IMG/VR virus record: IMGVR_UViG_3300028025_000563
Coordinates: 1-58,017 of that record
Source of the DNA: a virus
Taxonomy: Duplodnaviria; Caudoviricetes
Length of the DNA: 58,017 bases
Direction: 5' to 3' (one strand)
The first letter of the stretch is position 1; each line of letters starts with the position of its first letter. Positions 54,266-58,017 of this stretch are shown in pieces. Made by a program: the position numbers and the translations under genes. Under the pieces are notes generated by a model that did no database searches, was not told where the DNA came from, and worked only from the letters and a program-made list of their open reading frames with translations.

Positions 54266-56757
54266 TCACCCTTCTTTGGTTTGTTGGATTGTTGCATCTG
54301 TCGTATTGATACTCTTTCTTGTTGCGCCATCTGAGCTTGGTTTCGTGCAACCTCTACTCCCATGCGCGCACCTTCCATTGCTTGCTTTGCTTCCAAGTCT
54401 GCTTTGTCTTTGCCTACTTTGGCTCCGATCTGCATACCTGCAATTTCTTTTTGTGCTGCAATACGCTCTTCTTCGATACGTATTTGGTCTTGCTTTGCTG
54501 CCGCATCGATCAAAAGTTTTTGTTCTTTGATCTTTACTTCCTGCGCTTTCAACTGCAACTCTTGCTGCTGCATCTGAATAACCGGATCTTGCGCTGCTTG
54601 TTGCGCCTGCTGTTGAGCAGCTTCCGCTTGGTCTTTCTGTAGCAACTTCTGTCCAGCCATAGCCATCATTCTGGAAATCTCGACTTCCATTTCTGGCTCC
54701 ATCTCCTTGTCCATTTCTGGTAAAGGAATGCCCATCATCTCCTCTATCTCTTTACGATATTGGAATGCAACGTGTTCATTAATATGAGCCATCGCTGCTG
54801 CCATAATTGTTTGAGCTTGTGGATTTTGTCCAATGATTGCGGCTAGTTTTGGATCTCTTATAGCTGCTGTGTGAACAGCTATATGTGCCTCATGATCTTG
54901 ATACACGAATGCTTTAACAGGCTTCATATTTAATAGAGCCATGTTCTCTGATACAGGGTCTTTTGGTTTCTGATCTTCAGCACTCGGCACTAACTTGCCA
55001 ATGTTCTTGACGCCCAACACTTCAAGCATCTGACGATTCAATTCAACCATGTCGTATATCTGTGGAGTAGCTTGAGCCATCTGCATGACTGCTTGATACT
55101 GCACAACCTTCTGCGACATCGTTGCCGCATTAGGATCAGACACTGGTAATACTTCTACGATGTCATAGTCTGACTTCTTAGCTTTACGTGGACCATCAAC
55201 TGGATCGTAGCTATATTCTTCAGGCGTATAGTTAGCAATGATCTCTTTCAACAAGCGGAACTCTTGTTTCATTGCATAGTGAATACGAGCTTGAACTGCA
55301 CTCATCACTTTTAACGTGCGCTCTAATATAGCCAGCGTTGTACCAACTGGTGAGTTGGCAGACATGTCCGATACTTTTAAATCAGCAGCAGAAGCAAAGC
55401 GACGACCTTCTTCTACGATCTGATTCATCAAAGTTAATAGAACTTGACTTGGCTCTTTGTATGGGAGAGGAAGAATGTTGTCGCGTATGGTGCCTGACGC
55501 TACATCAACATCTCTAAATTCGCCAGGGCTAATAGGCGTATCGTCACCCTTAACACGCATACCTTTAGTCTTCAAACCACCAGGTAAGTTAGATAACGTA
55601 CCAGCATCAACTAACTGACGAATGATTGATGTACCTGATTTAGCAAACGCGCCAATCAAGTGGATCAAACCAAACGCATAGAAACCAAAGCCAGGTATAT
55701 ATGGATAGTGAATTAGATGAACACGCTTCTGTTTTGTTTCATCATCAGGATGCCAGTTACGGCGAATAGCTAAAACTTCTGTCGTGCCTTTTTCAATCGT
55801 AACGATGTAAGGCAATGCTATACCTGTTGGATTACCATCTTCATCTTTATCTTCGTAGCCTTCAAGATCAAGGTCTACTTGCATTTCTAAAATCTTATAA
55901 CGATCATCCGCAGTAGCACGGAATCCCATCTTCTCTGCAATCTTCTTCTCTACATCATCCAACGTATTAGTTGGCTCACCTAACTCTATATCTCTATAGA
56001 AGCCAGCTACTTGTAGCTTTCTTAATTCATTCTGAGTCTTACGCATCACATGTGTTACACGCGGTGATGACTCCAAGTCACTAGCACCATACGGCACAAC
56101 GATATCTTCCGCTGGTACATATAAAGCTACTTGTCTATTCAACGATGGATCAAAGTAAACTTTCTTAAATGCGTTACCTGATAAACCCAAGCCCCACAAT
56201 AAACGCTCTTGCTCTGGACGATACTCAGGCATCTTCTCTGTGAGCTGATAGTTCATATCATCTCTTACTCTTTCCGCGGCTTCCTTCTTCTTGCGGGTTT
56301 CCTTGCCGATAATCTGCGTCTTGACAGGACCCGATGCAGGAAAAGTTTCCATGATCGTTTCGCTTTGGAACTTGACCAGAGCTTCAGATAAAAGGGGATG
56401 ATATACACCACATGCTCCTTCCCAAGGTTCGGCACGTTCTTCAATCTTCATACCTAATAGCTCTAAGCCATCAACGTATGTTTGCATCCAATCTTTACGC
56501 GACGATACGTCATCATCGTAATCAGATAACAAATCACCAGCTATCGTAGTTAATTCTTCATCACTAATAAACTCAGCTAAGTTTGCATCAAAGTCATCAG
56601 TTGATTCTTTTTCTGGCTCAATCTGAATCTCTAAACCACCAAGTCCTATAGTCACTGACTCAGGATCTTCAATCTCTATCTCAATCTCTGGATCCATTAC
56701 ATCTTGATCCATACCAAGTGGTGCTTGATACAATGCTTTATCTATATTAGTAGCCAT
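54262..56757 (-). CDS. portal protein
   Basis: 831 aa after TerL; HPLLSEA, GNAFKKVY, GFYAFGLIH, Gln-rich C-terminal barrel. Confidence 0.88.
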   Translation of the reverse strand: MATNIDKALYQAPLGMDQDVMDPEIEIEIEDPESVTIGLGGLEIQIEPEKESTDDFDANLAEFISDEELTTIAGDLLSDYDDDVSSRKDWMQTYVDGLELLGMKIEERAEPWEGACGVYHPLLSEALVKFQSETIMETFPASGPVKTQIIGKETRKKKEAAERVRDDMNYQLTEKMPEYRPEQERLLWGLGLSGNAFKKVYFDPSLNRQVALYVPAEDIVVPYGASDLESSPRVTHVMRKTQNELRKLQVAGFYRDIELGEPTNTLDDVEKKIAEKMGFRATADDRYKILEMQVDLDLEGYEDKDEDGNPTGIALPYIVTIEKGTTEVLAIRRNWHPDDETKQKRVHLIHYPYIPGFGFYAFGLIHLIGAFAKSGTSIIRQLVDAGTLSNLPGGLKTKGMRVKGDDTPISPGEFRDVDVASGTIRDNILPLPYKEPSQVLLTLMNQIVEEGRRFASAADLKVSDMSANSPVGTTLAILERTLKVMSAVQARIHYAMKQEFRLLKEIIANYTPEEYSYDPVDGPRKAKKSDYDIVEVLPVSDPNAATMSQKVVQYQAVMQMAQATPQIYDMVELNRQMLEVLGVKNIGKLVPSAEDQKPKDPVSENMALLNMKPVKAFVYQDHEAHIAVHTAAIRDPKLAAIIGQNPQAQTIMAAAMAHINEHVAFQYRKEIEEMMGIPLPEMDKEMEPEMEVEISRMMAMAGQKLLQKDQAEAAQQQAQQAAQDPVIQMQQQELQLKAQEVKIKEQKLLIDAAAKQDQIRIEEERIAAQKEIAGMQIGAKVGKDKADLEAKQAMEGARMGVEVARNQAQMAQQERVSIRQMQQSNKPKKGE

Positions 56758-56765
56758 GTTAATTC

Positions 56766-57998
56766 CTAGTAGTAAGACCGTTTGCGACGAAAGCCAAGAT
56801 CCTCATCTGCTTCGTCTGAATCTAGTCGTAAAAATCCGCCTTGTCTGAATCTAATCAGTGCCTGTGTCGCGGAGTCAGTTAAGTCATCATGCTCGGCGTT
56901 TGGAAACCTTGCCATCTCTTCAATAAGTTCGTCAGCCCAACGGGTTTCTGGCGCCCATACTTTACCTGATCTAAATAAATCTGTAACTGAATTTAGACGT
57001 ACAAACTTATCGTTGCCACGTACCGGCGTATAGTCCGAAACCATCACGCCCATCCGTCTTAATTCAAATATCAACGGCGCGCCAGCAGCTTTAGCCTCAA
57101 TAATACAAGCATCTGGCTGCCATTCATCATACATTCTCTTAGCATTGTCCTTTAACTCAGGAAATTCCCACTTTTCCTTCAAAGCATCTAGCAATATGAT
57201 GTTCACATCACTCTCATCCTCGTTTAAATGGAAAACTCCCCACGTTGTACACGCAGAATAGTCTGATCGCTGGTTCTTTGTGAACGCAGTATCCCATGAT
57301 TGAATAATAAACTCACATCTTGGTGGTCTATCACTCTCCCAACGACGCCACCAATCCCTTTTTACGATGGCACCCTCTTCTCCAGTGGGCTTTTGCTGGT
57401 ACTGAGCGTTCCATTTGTACGGTGGAAGCTCTTCTTTTAGCGCAGATAGCTCTTCTAACGACCAAAACTCAGGCCATAACGGTCTGCCTGATGGCATTAT
57501 TGCCGGTAATTCGATAACTTCCCACTCGGAAGCGTCATTCTTTAGTACTTTGCCAGTCAAATCCTTGTCTGACCAGCGTGTCATCACAATAATAATCGCG
57601 CCGCCCGGCTGCAAACGTTGACGCGGTCCTGATGTATACCATTCATACACAGAATCAAAGACGGTTGGATCGCCTTGCGCTAACCTAGCTTCTTGTTCGG
57701 AGTGCGGATCGTCAATAATAAGTAGATCGGCACCCTTACCAGTAACAGTACCGCCAACGCCGATAGCAAAGTAATCCCCGTTATGGCTAGTAGCCCATCG
57801 ACCAGCGGCCTTTGAGTCTGCGCGTAACGAGACATTGGGAAAAATCTTCGAGTATTGTTCTGAGTCAACTAAGTTCCTCACTTTCCTACCAAAGCCAACA
57901 GACAAATCCGCCGTGTTGGAACATTGAATAACCTTTTTATCTGGATACTTACCTAGAAACCAAGCCGGTAACATATTCGATGCAAACTCAGACTTAGT
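56766..57998 (-). CDS. terL: terminase large subunit, 5'-truncated
   Basis: (H)TKSEF Walker A remnant, LIIDDPH, MTRW, QSWDTA, IEAKAAG, HDDLTD. Confidence 0.93.
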   Translation of the reverse strand, partial: TKSEFASNMLPAWFLGKYPDKKVIQCSNTADLSVGFGRKVRNLVDSEQYSKIFPNVSLRADSKAAGRWATSHNGDYFAIGVGGTVTGKGADLLIIDDPHSEQEARLAQGDPTVFDSVYEWYTSGPRQRLQPGGAIIIVMTRWSDKDLTGKVLKNDASEWEVIELPAIMPSGRPLWPEFWSLEELSALKEELPPYKWNAQYQQKPTGEEGAIVKRDWWRRWESDRPPRCEFIIQSWDTAFTKNQRSDYSACTTWGVFHLNEDESDVNIILLDALKEKWEFPELKDNAKRMYDEWQPDACIIEAKAAGAPLIFELRRMGVMVSDYTPVRGNDKFVRLNSVTDLFRSGKVWAPETRWADELIEEMARFPNAEHDDLTDSATQALIRFRQGGFLRLDSDEADEDLGFRRKRSYY

Positions 57999-58017
57999 TG
58001 ACTCAGAACAATACTCG

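Noticed and set aside
57849-58017. 26-bp perfect inverted repeat (57849-57874 vs 57992-58017) at the contig end, resembling a terminal hairpin or inverted terminal repeat
   Set aside because: It breaks TerL inside the Walker A region (expected PPRH before TKSEF) and switches template at a short ACTAAGT microhomology; most likely a fold-back amplification or assembly chimera.

Overview
Near-complete (58 kb) genome of a tailed dsDNA bacteriophage with podovirus-like organisation, most resembling aquatic HTVC010P-type phages of Proteobacteria; the family and host assignment is inference. Left arm (1-5850, + strand): about 25 tiny early genes, nine of which start behind the same 13-bp AGGAGATCAGACG junction repeat. 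5834-12174 (- strand): TOPRIM primase, SF2 helicase, ParB-like protein, a sigma-70 region-4 protein, an ~840-bp non-coding block with several structured RNA elements, an HNH-AP2 endonuclease flanked by a direct repeat, and a VRR-NUC nuclease. 12269-17053 (+ strand): PD-(D/E)XK exonuclease, ERF recombinase, SSB-like protein, zinc-ribbon proteins and a Ref-like nuclease. 17039-57998 (- strand): the late/structural operon, comprising truncated TerL, portal, GroES-like co-chaperonin, scaffold, capsid, a cluster of small basic proteins sharing xxGG motifs, adaptors, modular Gly-rich tail fibres, holin/endolysin, nozzle, a GNAT, and internal virion proteins including a 2534-aa protein with L,D-transpeptidase-like, zincin-like and LPD38-like domains. 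No DNA polymerase, integrase, tRNA or CRISPR array was seen. The last 26 bp are an inverted copy of 57849-57874 and are probably an artefact. All product calls come from motif recognition by eye, not from database searches.
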